DNA of 61,136 nucleotides from an uncultured virus (IMG/VR IMGVR_UViG_3300050132_000502) (IMGVR_UViG_3300050132_000502); one strand, 5' to 3'. Shown: positions 28,250 through 37,235, counted from the first letter of the stretch. The notes: a model not told the origin generated them from the letters alone. Translations and numbers: made by a program.

Positions 28250-29040
28250 GCGTCACGGAAAAGGCCAGCGGGGTCTAATTCCTGACGCGTGGTTTCACTG
28301 AGGTTGTCCCACCATCGTGAGTAGATGAACTTGTCGAAGACGTTGGCCGGGACGGAAAGAAGCGGCGCGAGATCGAGTTCCTCGGGTGAGCAGTAGAAGC
28401 GGTTGAGGCCGTCGAAAAGGCACATGAGATATCCCGCGTCGGTGAGGAGGTACTCCCACTCTTGGTCGGTGGTGACGGTCGAAGCGGGGAGAGTGGACTC
28501 GACCACGACCACCTTCGGCAACCAGGTCGGAATATCGAAGGAGAGGAGCACGTCGAGTTCCGCGCCCTCCGCGTCGATCTTGAGGAGTTCGAACTTCGGG
28601 GTCATGTACTTAGCGAGCACCGCGTCGAGTGTCTCCACGTTGATGGGGGTGACTGACACGTCCCAACCGTTCTTGCGGTGAGCCTCCGCGATACCCGCGT
28701 CGAGTGTGCTCATGCCCCAGTTGTTGGTGAGCCGATAGAAGTTTTGCTCTCCGGGCTTGGAACCGATGGCGCTGTGCACCACGGTGCTCCTCGGTCGAGC
28801 AGCCTCTAGGAGTTGAGCCTCGGTGTCCAGGGGCTCCACTTCCACGCCGGTCCAATCGAGTCGGTCGTAGAGATTCTTGGTGAGTGAGCCAAACTTGGGA
28901 TGGCCCGCGCCGACGTCTACGTAACGACCGTCGCGCACACCCTCGAAGGTGCGACACAACACCACGTCCTCTCCGTTCTGTGCGTAGGAGACGAGCCGGA
29001 GTTGGGTGTCCGTATTGGACGTGAGAACGCGATTGGTCAT
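28246..29040 (-). CDS. FkbM-family SAM-dependent methyltransferase
   Basis: SYAQNGED, YVDVGAGHP, GVEVEP, LLKIDAEGAE, FDGLNRFY. Confidence 0.9.
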   Translation of the reverse strand: MTNRVLTSNTDTQLRLVSYAQNGEDVVLCRTFEGVRDGRYVDVGAGHPKFGSLTKNLYDRLDWTGVEVEPLDTEAQLLEAARPRSTVVHSAIGSKPGEQNFYRLTNNWGMSTLDAGIAEAHRKNGWDVSVTPINVETLDAVLAKYMTPKFELLKIDAEGAELDVLLSFDIPTWLPKVVVVESTLPASTVTTDQEWEYLLTDAGYLMCLFDGLNRFYCSPEELDLAPLLSVPANVFDKFIYSRWWDNLSETTRQELDPAGLFRDA

Positions 29041-29079
29041 GGCGAGAAACTTACCACCGGGGGTCTGCGAATCGAGGGA

Positions 29080-29643
29080 CTAACTAAAGGAGAAAACGCC
29101 GGGGCACTCACCGGCTTCGGCCATCCACTGCACCCCGAAACGACCGTTGCGTTTGAAGTACCACACGGCCACTTCGGACTGCATGTTTCCCGAGGCTCGG
29201 TTGGGTGACCAAGTTTCGGTCCACGACGGCAAGTGGAGCGCAGTCGCCGCATCGTTCCACGTTGACTGTGTGAACTGGTACCAGCCCTGTGACCCGCCAC
29301 CGTCGTTGAGTTTGTTGCGTGACTCGTGATAGCGGATGCAGGCGAAGGCGAGTTGGTCAATGCGAGGAAGAGTTCGTGTGGGGTCGGTGGTATCGGGGTA
29401 GGCCACGCCAGCGCCACTGGTGCGGTATTCCTTCGGCACGTGAATGGGAGTATCGGCGGACACCGCGACGTGCGACGAGACGGTCTGCATCACAACGACG
29501 GGGGCTTGTTTATGAGGGACGTGCGCAACAACGTGGTGCGGGTGCAGAACGACGTGGACCTGTCCCGCCCCCGCCAATGATGGTGAGAGCGACACGACTG
29601 CAATAGCAGCAACAGCGGAAATCTTTTTGACGAGCGGCAACAT
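29080..29643 (-). CDS. Secreted Rpf-like/lysozyme-like transglycosylase
   Basis: Signal peptide, AAGGAG RBS, FACIRYHES (catalytic Glu), GWYQFTQSTW, Q..VA, W..C. Confidence 0.75.
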   Translation of the reverse strand: MLPLVKKISAVAAIAVVSLSPSLAGAGQVHVVLHPHHVVAHVPHKQAPVVVMQTVSSHVAVSADTPIHVPKEYRTSGAGVAYPDTTDPTRTLPRIDQLAFACIRYHESRNKLNDGGGSQGWYQFTQSTWNDAATALHLPSWTETWSPNRASGNMQSEVAVWYFKRNGRFGVQWMAEAGECPGVFSFS

Positions 29644-29715
29644 TGGTGACTCCTTGGTAGGCGTTACTTCATGGCAGCGAATATCGCTTGATCTCCTTGG
29701 GGTTCGTCACCAACT

Positions 29716-29725
29716 CTCTAGCCCT
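29716..29725 (-). promoter_or_regulatory. AGGGCTAGAG motif upstream of the Rpf-like gene
   Basis: Shares GGGCTAGAGAGTYGGTGACG with the 9.38-kb copy. Confidence 0.55.
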
Positions 29726-29930
29726 ATGGAGCATTGCTCGGGCAATATGGTGACGACTTCGTGGACGTTGTGTAGTCCTTGCGGAAAATTTTAGATCAGC
29801 ACGTCAGAGATCACGGTCTTTCAGTGAAAGTTGTGAATGCGCGAGAACGTTGTCTGCACTGGTGATCGTTGATGTTTGTGCGCATGTGAATAATTAAAAT
29901 TCAATGCACAACACAACAACAGCCGTGTAA

Positions 29931-30221
29931 CTACGCGGTCTTCTTTTTCTTCGCGACGATCTTCACTGGAGTGCTCTCACGTTCGAGAGCCTTCTTGATG
30001 TCGCGACGCATCTTCGCACGATCACGCGGACTGGTCTTCGCCCATCGTCCTTGCACGTAATTCGCGAGCGCATCATCGAGACACTCACCACTCGTAAACG
30101 CGGGGCACTTGTCGCAGGCTTGATCGGCTCGGGGGTCAAGCGATTGTCCTCGCTTGGGGAAGAAAATCTCGGGGTCCATGTCACGGCATTCTGCCGTTTG
30201 CAACCAATTGCTACTGCCCAC
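29931..30221 (-). CDS. whiB: WhiB-family transcriptional regulator
   Basis: W...AECRDMDPEIFFP...ACDKCP...CLDDAL...G.WA...RDR. Confidence 0.85.
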   Translation of the reverse strand: MGSSNWLQTAECRDMDPEIFFPKRGQSLDPRADQACDKCPAFTSGECLDDALANYVQGRWAKTSPRDRAKMRRDIKKALERESTPVKIVAKKKKTA

Positions 30222-30251
30222 TAGTGACTCTCCTCATCCGTTGGGAAGTCA

Positions 30252-30509
30252 CTAACCCTGGTCTTCACGTCTCGCCTCAATGTTGGCGAAGCGCCTCATG
30301 CGGACATACTTGCGGCGCTCTCTTTGGGTGAGCCCGCCAGTGATCCCCTCATTGTTGGTCTCGATGCCCCAGGTCAAACATTCCTCACGGACGCTGCACG
30401 AGAGACACACGGATTTCGCTTTTTCGATGAGCAGTAAGTCTGCGGAGAAGAACATCTCGCGGTCCTTATCGGCGCAGTTCGCGTCGTACCGCCATTCTTC
30501 ATTCTTCAC
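30252..30509 (-). CDS. whiB: WhiB-family transcriptional regulator
   Basis: W...ANC...MFF...AKSVCLSCSVREECLTWGI...GITGGLTQRERR. Confidence 0.9.
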   Translation of the reverse strand: MKNEEWRYDANCADKDREMFFSADLLLIEKAKSVCLSCSVREECLTWGIETNNEGITGGLTQRERRKYVRMRRFANIEARREDQG

Positions 30510-30596
30510 AGGTGACCGGGCTCTCGTAGAAGGTGACTTCTGTCAGTGTACGTGGACGGGTTGCTTCATGGGCGGATATTAAAACAGATCGGCGAC

Positions 30597-31199
30597 TCAC
30601 TTCGTCGAGGTTCCTCTCTTGATGTTCGTGTCGCCACCAAAAATAACTTTTCCCTTGCCGATGGCCTTGCCGTGAACCTTGGCACGGTCTCGGGTTTCAG
30701 CGTCTTCGAGAATCATGGCGTCGTCGTAGACCTGAGCGTTTCCGTAGACGTGTCCCGCATTAGCGACCCGTGCCGAACCGTAGATCATGGCGTTGTCATC
30801 AACCTGTGCAAAACCTTCCACCACAGCATCGTCGAGCACTTGCGCACTGCCGCTCACTTTGGCGTTGTAGGACACCGTCGCCCTGTCGGATACTTCAGCG
30901 TTACCCGACACCGTGGCGGAGCCGACAATGTGTGCTGACCCGCGCACGAGGGCGTAGTCGAGAACCTTGGCATTGAGACCGACCGTGGCGGTTGGTGCGA
31001 CGAGAGCCGTAAGCGCCACGAAGCCACCCAGCGACCCGTCGGGATTGTTGTGTCGCCGTCCTTCATAGGTGTGCAACTCGAACACCAATTCCTCAATCGG
31101 ATTGGTGTTCTCAGACGTGAGATCGGGACCGTCGGGATGATGAGTCTCGGCGAACTCTCCACCCACGGGAGTGCCTTTCGGTTGACGTGAGAGTCTCAT
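30597..31199 (-). CDS. Leader-tagged hexapeptide beta-helix protein
   Basis: MRLSRQPKGTPVGGEFAETHHPDGPDL, then VxGxAxVxDxA repeats. ATG overlaps the upstream TGA. Confidence 0.8.
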   Translation of the reverse strand: MRLSRQPKGTPVGGEFAETHHPDGPDLTSENTNPIEELVFELHTYEGRRHNNPDGSLGGFVALTALVAPTATVGLNAKVLDYALVRGSAHIVGSATVSGNAEVSDRATVSYNAKVSGSAQVLDDAVVEGFAQVDDNAMIYGSARVANAGHVYGNAQVYDDAMILEDAETRDRAKVHGKAIGKGKVIFGGDTNIKRGTSTK

Positions 31200-31888
31200 G
31201 CCCGTTCCCATCGTGCTCCGTAGACATCAACGCCACCCGTGATCCGAAAGTGAAGAGGCGTCAGCGAGCCATCCTCTTCGGTCCGGTATCGCTGCACCGT
31301 TCGGTATCCGCCACTGCCGTTCATGATGTCGTCGAGACTGGCATCCGGGTCGGATTCAGACTCATCGAAATACTTCGTCACCTCGTGCACCTCGTCGTCG
31401 GTGAGTTCTTGGTTGAGTCGAACCTTGATGGCTGCGCCGCCCGTGTACTTTTCGGTCGTCACGCTGAAGGTGACCTCGGGGAAGTTCTCCTTGAGAGCCG
31501 CTCGCACCATCTTGGCGGTGTCGGTGGCCGAGACGTCTTCGCGAGGATTGATCTTCTGCCCCGGCTCGGGCGCTTTGACCCGTCGCGATGCCTCGTACTC
31601 GGCGAGTTTCTTCGCATCCATGAGTGATGAACGATGGCCGACTACCTTGCCGCCAATCCACACCACATACGCGTAGCCAGACTCACTACGAAGAGAACTT
31701 TTGATCTCCCTCTTTCTGATGGAGACGAGCAATCCGTTGACTCGACCACCGTCCCACACGGTGCCACTGGATAACTTGACCCACTCGATTTTTGGGGTCT
31801 CGGGATCAGTCAAGTCGGTGCCCTCGGGCTTGCGATCTTCAGCGAACTGTCCGCCGACGGGAACTCCTTTTGGTTGACGATTGGTCAC
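31196..31888 (-). CDS. Leader-tagged protein with a C-terminal LPD29-like (large polyvalent protein-associated) domain
   Basis: MTNRQPKGVPVGGQFAEDRKPEGTDL. SATDTAKMVRAALKENFPEVTFSV...YTGGAAI resembles LPD29. Confidence 0.75.
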   Translation of the reverse strand: MTNRQPKGVPVGGQFAEDRKPEGTDLTDPETPKIEWVKLSSGTVWDGGRVNGLLVSIRKREIKSSLRSESGYAYVVWIGGKVVGHRSSLMDAKKLAEYEASRRVKAPEPGQKINPREDVSATDTAKMVRAALKENFPEVTFSVTTEKYTGGAAIKVRLNQELTDDEVHEVTKYFDESESDPDASLDDIMNGSGGYRTVQRYRTEEDGSLTPLHFRITGGVDVYGARWERA

Positions 31889-31890
31889 AA

Positions 31891-32242
31891 TTATCTCCAG
31901 GCCGCGACCACAAGATTACGGTGCACGAGTGCGTCGTAGGTGACCTTCTGTTCGTCCTCGATCCAGGGGTATGAGCCTGAATGGTGACGGCTAGCGATAC
32001 AGACGCCGTTGCTGTAGACGTGATAGTTCCCGTTGAAGATTTTGCCGTCTTGCCAACCACCCGTCATCTCACCATCGAAAGCGGTGAAGCCATTTCCTCG
32101 ACACATCTTCAGGTCTTCGACGATGGCTTCGACGTCTTCACCGAGGTCGACAGGACCAGATTGGAGGGGGACCAGATTCGGGCTTGCGATCCTCCATGAA
32201 CTGCCCACCCTTCGGCGAACCCTTTGATTGGCGTTTGCTCAT
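31891..32242 (-). pseudogene. Leader-tagged gene split by a 16-bp duplication/insertion
   Basis: MSKRQSKGSPKGGQFMEDRKPE is in one frame and the body is in another. GGACCAGATT occurs at 32153-32162 and 32169-32178. Removing 16 bp gives ...KPESGPVDLGEDV in frame. Confidence 0.7.
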
Positions 32243-32251
32243 GTCTTTAGT

Positions 32252-32260
32252 TATGGGTGC
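32252..32260 (-). promoter_or_regulatory. GCACCCATA motif heading the three-gene leader-tagged operon
   Basis: Ends 9 nt upstream of ATG 32242 (leaderless-type spacing). Confidence 0.6.
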
Positions 32261-32325
32261 AACCACATCGATGGACTGAATGGTACTTTTGACCACCGCC
32301 ATTGTGTGGTTTTCACTAAGGGAGA

Positions 32326-32814
32326 ATGGCGATAATGGCCGTACGCTCACGAATTTCATTGCTGGTTACGGTCGCTGCCTTCGCGTCACTGGTCGCCCTA
32401 CCCGCTGGAGCAAGCACCCCTTCGTACTGCTCTCCGGCCACCATCAAGAGCCATGAGGTGAAGGCAGCACCGCAACTGAAATCCGGGGTCCCCTCGGTGG
32501 CCGACGTCCACTCGACGGTTGTGTGGGTGGTCAAGGCTGACGAAGACGAAGCATCACTCCCCATCTTCGCGCAACCGCCGACCAAGGTCAGCCTCGGAAA
32601 CGTGAAGACTGTCTTCGGAACTCTCGGGATCGATGACTTTTCTCTCCTCGCCGACCGCAACCAGTACGTCGCCGTCGCTAGTCAGACACCTGCTCTGAAG
32701 TCCAAGATAGAGATCGCCGTCAAGAAGGTGAACGCCGAAGAGATTCTCGCCGAGAAGGATTTAAACACCGATCTAAACCGCGCTCTCGCCGCGTGCAAAG
32801 GTCTCTCCTCGTAG
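32326..32814 (+). CDS. Secreted hypothetical protein (paralogue 1)
   Basis: Signal peptide ending ALPAGAS. Two Cys. Aligns with the next gene. Confidence 0.75.
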   Translation: MAIMAVRSRISLLVTVAAFASLVALPAGASTPSYCSPATIKSHEVKAAPQLKSGVPSVADVHSTVVWVVKADEDEASLPIFAQPPTKVSLGNVKTVFGTLGIDDFSLLADRNQYVAVASQTPALKSKIEIAVKKVNAEEILAEKDLNTDLNRALAACKGLSS

Positions 32815-32882
32815 CCGTTTTCGGTGCACCAATTCGGTTGATGCTGATGGTATTTTTGCGTCACCACTCACAAAGGAATTTG

Positions 32883-33347
32883 ATGACTATTCGTCCCCGC
32901 ATTGCGGCGCTCATCGCACTGGCCGTTCTGACACCGCTCATCGCAATTCCCGCAGGAGCGAGCAGCATCAAGCCGAAGTGCACCGCCTCGGTCATCAAGA
33001 GTCACTACACAGACAAGCCGCCGAAGATGGTCGAAGGATTCCCCAACAAGACCGTGGTCTTGAAACTCGACAAGTGGGTCACCAAGGCTGACGAGAAAGA
33101 GACATTCGTCGCCTTTGAGTTCAATCCTCCGAAAGTGAAACTCGGCTCTATCAAAAATGAGTTCGACACCCTCGGTGTTGACAACCTCAACCTTCTACAG
33201 GACTCCGCCAAGTACACCAAGCACCCGTCAGCGAAACTCAAAGCGACGATCATGACTTTTTACCGAGATGTCGAAACCGTCGATCTAGTAGCCGCAAAGG
33301 ACCTCAATAGGGACCTAAGTCGCGCACTCACCGCCTGCAAGGACTAG
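32883..33347 (+). CDS. Secreted hypothetical protein (paralogue 2)
   Basis: AAAGGA RBS and signal peptide. Shares C...IKSH, WVxKADE, PPxKVxLG, FxTLGxD and KDLNxDLxRALxACK with paralogue 1. Confidence 0.75.
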   Translation: MTIRPRIAALIALAVLTPLIAIPAGASSIKPKCTASVIKSHYTDKPPKMVEGFPNKTVVLKLDKWVTKADEKETFVAFEFNPPKVKLGSIKNEFDTLGVDNLNLLQDSAKYTKHPSAKLKATIMTFYRDVETVDLVAAKDLNRDLSRALTACKD

Positions 33348-33511
33348 GTCTCTGAGTAAGTAGGAAATCCATCACCAAACCACAATAAGAAGCACACCAT
33401 AACCGACGTCAATGCACTAACCGCATAGCAATGAAGTTCTCTCCAGAAACGTTTCGCGGTAATTATGTTTAACTCTGTAGAGCCATCATGTAACTCAACC
33501 CGATTTAGTTT

Positions 33512-34081
33512 TCAGTGGTGACCACCGCGACACATTGTCGCTGGAGAAATAGTGAACTCAAATTTCGTTCTGGATGTAAGTCCACTTATGTTCCGAAATG
33601 AGTCGATTAAACCTTTAGATATAACTAATCCACTGTCGTTAAAAAATGAAGATACCGAACTGTCTAAGCCAGAAAGTATTTTGATATCGGTGGTGATTTC
33701 GTAGTGAAAAGGGTTGTCTTCTGTATTGACCAAAAGCCACGGAATACCTATGTCAATTAACGGAACGGTTGAAATTCGTGGTTCACCAACAGGTCTGTCT
33801 CTAAAAACTTGCACCAATTCGACCAACGGGGACGGGGTTGGAGATACAAGGCAGTTCATGTGTATATGAAGTCGAGGGGCATTAGGAATTTTTCTCGCGA
33901 AATAAATCCAATTTATTAGAGTGCTCTCTGTTTTATCAATGGCTTCAAGGAGCAGTGGATAGAAATTTTCACTGCAACTTCTCACTGCCTGTATTTGACT
34001 ACTTTCGTCAACCTCTGAGTCGCAGATCGTCATGTCGGCTTCAAATGAATGGGGGTGGTCTTCTTGTGTCCATGTGCCCAT
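33512..34081 (-). CDS. Low-GC hypothetical protein
   Basis: ATG at 34081 follows GGAG within repeat B. The sequence is visibly more AT-rich than the flanks. Confidence 0.55.
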   Translation of the reverse strand: MGTWTQEDHPHSFEADMTICDSEVDESSQIQAVRSCSENFYPLLLEAIDKTESTLINWIYFARKIPNAPRLHIHMNCLVSPTPSPLVELVQVFRDRPVGEPRISTVPLIDIGIPWLLVNTEDNPFHYEITTDIKILSGLDSSVSSFFNDSGLVISKGLIDSFRNISGLTSRTKFEFTISPATMCRGGHH

Positions 34082-34170
34082 TGTCAACTCCAGAATTGAT
34101 GGAAGAACCATCTTCCACACCAACCAGTCATTACGTCAAGAAGAAATCAAATCTGCATGGATATGCATCA

Positions 34171-35328
34171 TCACCTCATGTCGATGAGTCCAACCAACTC
34201 GTTGAGAGAGTGAGTGGTGAAGTCGTCGATTGACCATGCCTCGGTGTAACCACTGAACTTGCCAGCGATCTCGTGTTGCCCGAGCCGCACGCCACGGGAC
34301 TCTAGCGCACGCAAGATGTTCTGTTCTAAACGGTAGGTCTCATCTCCAGGGAATGGACCGATCATGTCGAGCACTCTCCACCCACTCTTCTTGTGGACAT
34401 CGAGTCGTTGTTCTGGTTTATTTGAGATGCCGATCTGAAGCATCTCCCACACTGGGTGCTCGACGAGATAGAGCCATCCTTCTTTGTGGGGCCGGTACCC
34501 TTGCCGATTGCACTTCGGACAGTTCGCGTTCCTCCGTGATGATGGTGATGCGATCCAGATATGTCTGTTCTCACATATCCACTTTCTTTTTCGTATCGAT
34601 CTCTTCATGACGGTCGTGGGGTCCCAGTCAAAAGCCTGTTCCGCGAGTCTTGGATGGGTGGTCTTTAGGTCGTTGAATTTAGGGAACGCGAGTTCATTAT
34701 GGCAGTAAGGGCAATAAAAAGCCCCCGGTGTTTTTCGGTCAAACAACTCGACTTGCTTGTTGATCCTCTGCCTAAAGACATGACCTAATTCACACTTCCA
34801 GTCGAATGCCCTGGTTGATGTTTTAGTGAACTCATGTGGGTGCCACCCGTATGCGTGTTTAGAGAGTTCATGGTGAGTTGTGGTGATGTCATTCTGACCG
34901 CTCCGCACCCACCGATAATTACAGACGGGGCATCCGTCTTTGTCTCTCGCGATTCGTGTCTTGATCGTCGCGGTCCACTCGTGACCAAAGTCGCACCTCC
35001 ATAAGCACACTTTGTCAAAATCAACTGTTACCGTCGTTGGGTCATTGTGCGCGTGAGGAAAGAGAGTCGACCACCCACACATTGTTCCGCCAATATCGGG
35101 GTGGGTGGTTAAGAGGTCGTTGATGTTTACAAGCACCTCATTGCTATGACACACAGGGCATCCCGGCCACTTAGTTATGGTGCAAACACCTACCTCCCAT
35201 GTGTGGTCGTGCTCACATCTCCACTTACGAATTGCGTATGACTGAAATGACACCCCTGAGGGGTCCCAACCGTCCGCCATCGCTGCGATCTTGGGGTGGG
35301 TCAAAATGATTGGAGAGATGGTCGTCAC
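34171..35328 (-). CDS. Zinc-ribbon repeat protein with a C-terminal GIY-YIG-like (T5orf172/Mug113-type) domain
   Basis: Four DUF4379-like repeats, then GWLYLV...QIGISNKPEQRL..H...LEQNIL...GYTEAW. Confidence 0.75.
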   Translation of the reverse strand: MTTISPIILTHPKIAAMADGWDPSGVSFQSYAIRKWRCEHDHTWEVGVCTITKWPGCPVCHSNEVLVNINDLLTTHPDIGGTMCGWSTLFPHAHNDPTTVTVDFDKVCLWRCDFGHEWTATIKTRIARDKDGCPVCNYRWVRSGQNDITTTHHELSKHAYGWHPHEFTKTSTRAFDWKCELGHVFRQRINKQVELFDRKTPGAFYCPYCHNELAFPKFNDLKTTHPRLAEQAFDWDPTTVMKRSIRKRKWICENRHIWIASPSSRRNANCPKCNRQGYRPHKEGWLYLVEHPVWEMLQIGISNKPEQRLDVHKKSGWRVLDMIGPFPGDETYRLEQNILRALESRGVRLGQHEIAGKFSGYTEAWSIDDFTTHSLNELVGLIDMR

Positions 35329-35335
35329 GAGGTGT

Positions 35336-35364
35336 CTCTAGCCCCGCCATAAGTGTGATGTCCG
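35336..35364 (-). promoter_or_regulatory. Bipartite promoter-like motif CGGAC-N14-GGGGCTAGAG
   Basis: GGGGCTAG ends 9 nt upstream of GTG 35328. Confidence 0.6.
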
Positions 35365-35372
35365 CGAAAGGA

Positions 35373-35927
35373 CTAAGTCTCTGAGTAGGTAGGAAATCCA
35401 TCTCGGGTGACGAAGGTGTTTGTCTCGGGATCGAACTCCACCCACTCGATATGACGGATGAGTGAGTAGTGTCCCGTACCGGCCTTGTTGAGAATTGACT
35501 CGACCCGCACACGGGCGTGGTGTCCGGCGAGTTTTAGGCAGCGACGCCACACTCGGTAGTCGAGACCGATATCGACATAGAACCCACGGTCTGTGACACG
35601 AGCAGGTACAACGAGCCCTAATCGACGACCCTCGACGTGTATCGTCTTGTTAATCTCAATGATCTCTTCCTCGGTTACGAAAGGAGCCTGCGTCAAGTCT
35701 CTTGGGTTGATCCACTCGTCGCTGTCGTCGAGTTTGTAGAGTTGCCCGTTCTTGCGACTGGAGCCCACGAGGATTCGAAAGGCGATCACTTCTGATTCCT
35801 CGTCGTCACTCACGTCAACATTGGTGTTGGTCGTTGGGTTCAAGACTCCCGAATTTAGTACACCACTACTCGGGTAGGTGTGATGGTCTACAAAAGACAG
35901 TGGGTGAAACTGACTCCGACGAGTCAA
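35373..35927 (-). CDS. Hypothetical protein (ends DGFPTYSET in repeat A)
   Basis: 184-aa ORF coupled to the upstream gene. Confidence 0.6.
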   Translation of the reverse strand: MTRRSQFHPLSFVDHHTYPSSGVLNSGVLNPTTNTNVDVSDDEESEVIAFRILVGSSRKNGQLYKLDDSDEWINPRDLTQAPFVTEEEIIEINKTIHVEGRRLGLVVPARVTDRGFYVDIGLDYRVWRRCLKLAGHHARVRVESILNKAGTGHYSLIRHIEWVEFDPETNTFVTRDGFPTYSET

Positions 35928-36430
35928 TGGATTGTGAACGAAAAGAACGTATTGCCTATATCTCCTTCAATCTTTTCAAAGAAATCAATAACTCGAATGA
36001 CGATCTCATCAGAAAAATTACGAACCACAATCGGCATCGTCCGTCGGTGGTTTGACATTTTCTTGATTTCTATTGGTTCACTTGAGTGACCAACTCTCCA
36101 CGTCACCCAAAGTTCTGCAACATATATGGAATTATTTGCTCGACACCACTCGTGATCTTCATGTCCAACAACCTTGGTTTCTCCAAGGGATGGCAAAACG
36201 CGAGGTTCACTTCTCTTAGGGTGAGTGATGAAAAGACCAGCGTGGGTATAGCCGAGTTTCTCTTTATCAGTGATCTCAGTAAATTTCTTGAGTTCATTCA
36301 GTTCACTAGCCGCAAAATCGCAAAAAATTTTGTCCGCTCGATCTTGCTCAAGCGGTATTTCGATGTTCCACGGCTTCCTATTATTTTGTCTATTTGCACT
36401 TGCTGTTACCCAACAGGTATTCGTGGTCAT
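35924..36430 (-). CDS. Low-GC hypothetical protein
   Basis: 168-aa ORF in an operon. Confidence 0.55.
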   Translation of the reverse strand: MTTNTCWVTASANRQNNRKPWNIEIPLEQDRADKIFCDFAASELNELKKFTEITDKEKLGYTHAGLFITHPKRSEPRVLPSLGETKVVGHEDHEWCRANNSIYVAELWVTWRVGHSSEPIEIKKMSNHRRTMPIVVRNFSDEIVIRVIDFFEKIEGDIGNTFFSFTIH

Positions 36431-36434
36431 TTAC

Positions 36435-36977
36435 TTATTCCCCAAACAGGTCATTAAGAGATGACTTGGAATTCGTTATTGGAAGAGTCAATTTGATGAA
36501 CCCGTCGAGAGGGAACCCGTGGTGGATTATGTACCCCAATACAGAAGTGACAGCCGACTCATTAAATCGAGAAGGGGACACAATGAGGTATGCCTTTGAA
36601 TAGACACATGAGAGGAGTGCATAATCATGTACTTCTTTCAGTAACAGTTGTCCGATTCCACGTCGTCGATATGTTGATAGAACAAACAATTCAGAAATAC
36701 ATACCACTGTCGCTCCAAGTTGTGGAGATGCAAGAAGTAAAACACAGCCAACTGGTGAATCACCGACGTAGGCTACAAAACCAGCAATTTTCTCCGGTAG
36801 GTTTCCTGATCTAATTGCTTCGATGAATCGGTCGTCTTCTAGATTTAATGTGTCCGCACGTTGATCACTCCAAATTGTCGCGTACTTGAATATGAGGTTG
36901 GCTAAGTCGTTTCGCTGCTCGGATGTCTCAATCTTGATAACTCTTGGTGTTAGTGCTCCGGCGGATAGTAGTGACAT
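36435..36977 (-). CDS. GNAT-family acetyltransferase
   Basis: ISELFVLSTYRRRGIGQLLL (motif A). Confidence 0.75.
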   Translation of the reverse strand: MSLLSAGALTPRVIKIETSEQRNDLANLIFKYATIWSDQRADTLNLEDDRFIEAIRSGNLPEKIAGFVAYVGDSPVGCVLLLASPQLGATVVCISELFVLSTYRRRGIGQLLLKEVHDYALLSCVYSKAYLIVSPSRFNESAVTSVLGYIIHHGFPLDGFIKLTLPITNSKSSLNDLFGE

Positions 36978-36986
36978 GTTGATGAG

Positions 36987-37235
36987 TTACTCGTTTGTGG
37001 TGACCAGCAATGGCTTGATGAAGATGAGTTGCCAATCTTCTTCATCTTTGGTGGGTGCAAACCCCTGAAAGGTGAATTGTTCTCGCTGGATTTTGTTAAT
37101 GACTCCGGCCAGCCGATCTATATCTTCTAGATTGTCGCCTTCACCTAGAAAAACTTCTTTGTGGTTGTGTTTGCGCCAAACAGGAATAATGGCGACAGTG
37201 TCGAATTTTATTCCATCTCTGTCTGTTGATGACAT
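36987..37235 (-). CDS. Low-GC hypothetical protein
   Basis: ATG at 37235 follows GAGGAG in repeat B. Confidence 0.55.
   Translation of the reverse strand: MSSTDRDGIKFDTVAIIPVWRKHNHKEVFLGEGDNLEDIDRLAGVINKIQREQFTFQGFAPTKDEEDWQLIFIKPLLVTTNE

Larger units (their letters stand above)
33339..35402. repeat. Repeat A: 35-bp direct repeat pair (33339-33373 and 35368-35402)
   Basis: aaggactaRgtctctgagtaRgtaggaaatccatc, 2 mismatches. Confidence 0.9.

Noticed and set aside
29644..29930. Possible ydaO/c-di-AMP riboswitch upstream of the Rpf-like gene
   Set aside because: The GCTGAATCC/GGGGTGAAT/CCGTCAGCTAA hallmarks are not present.
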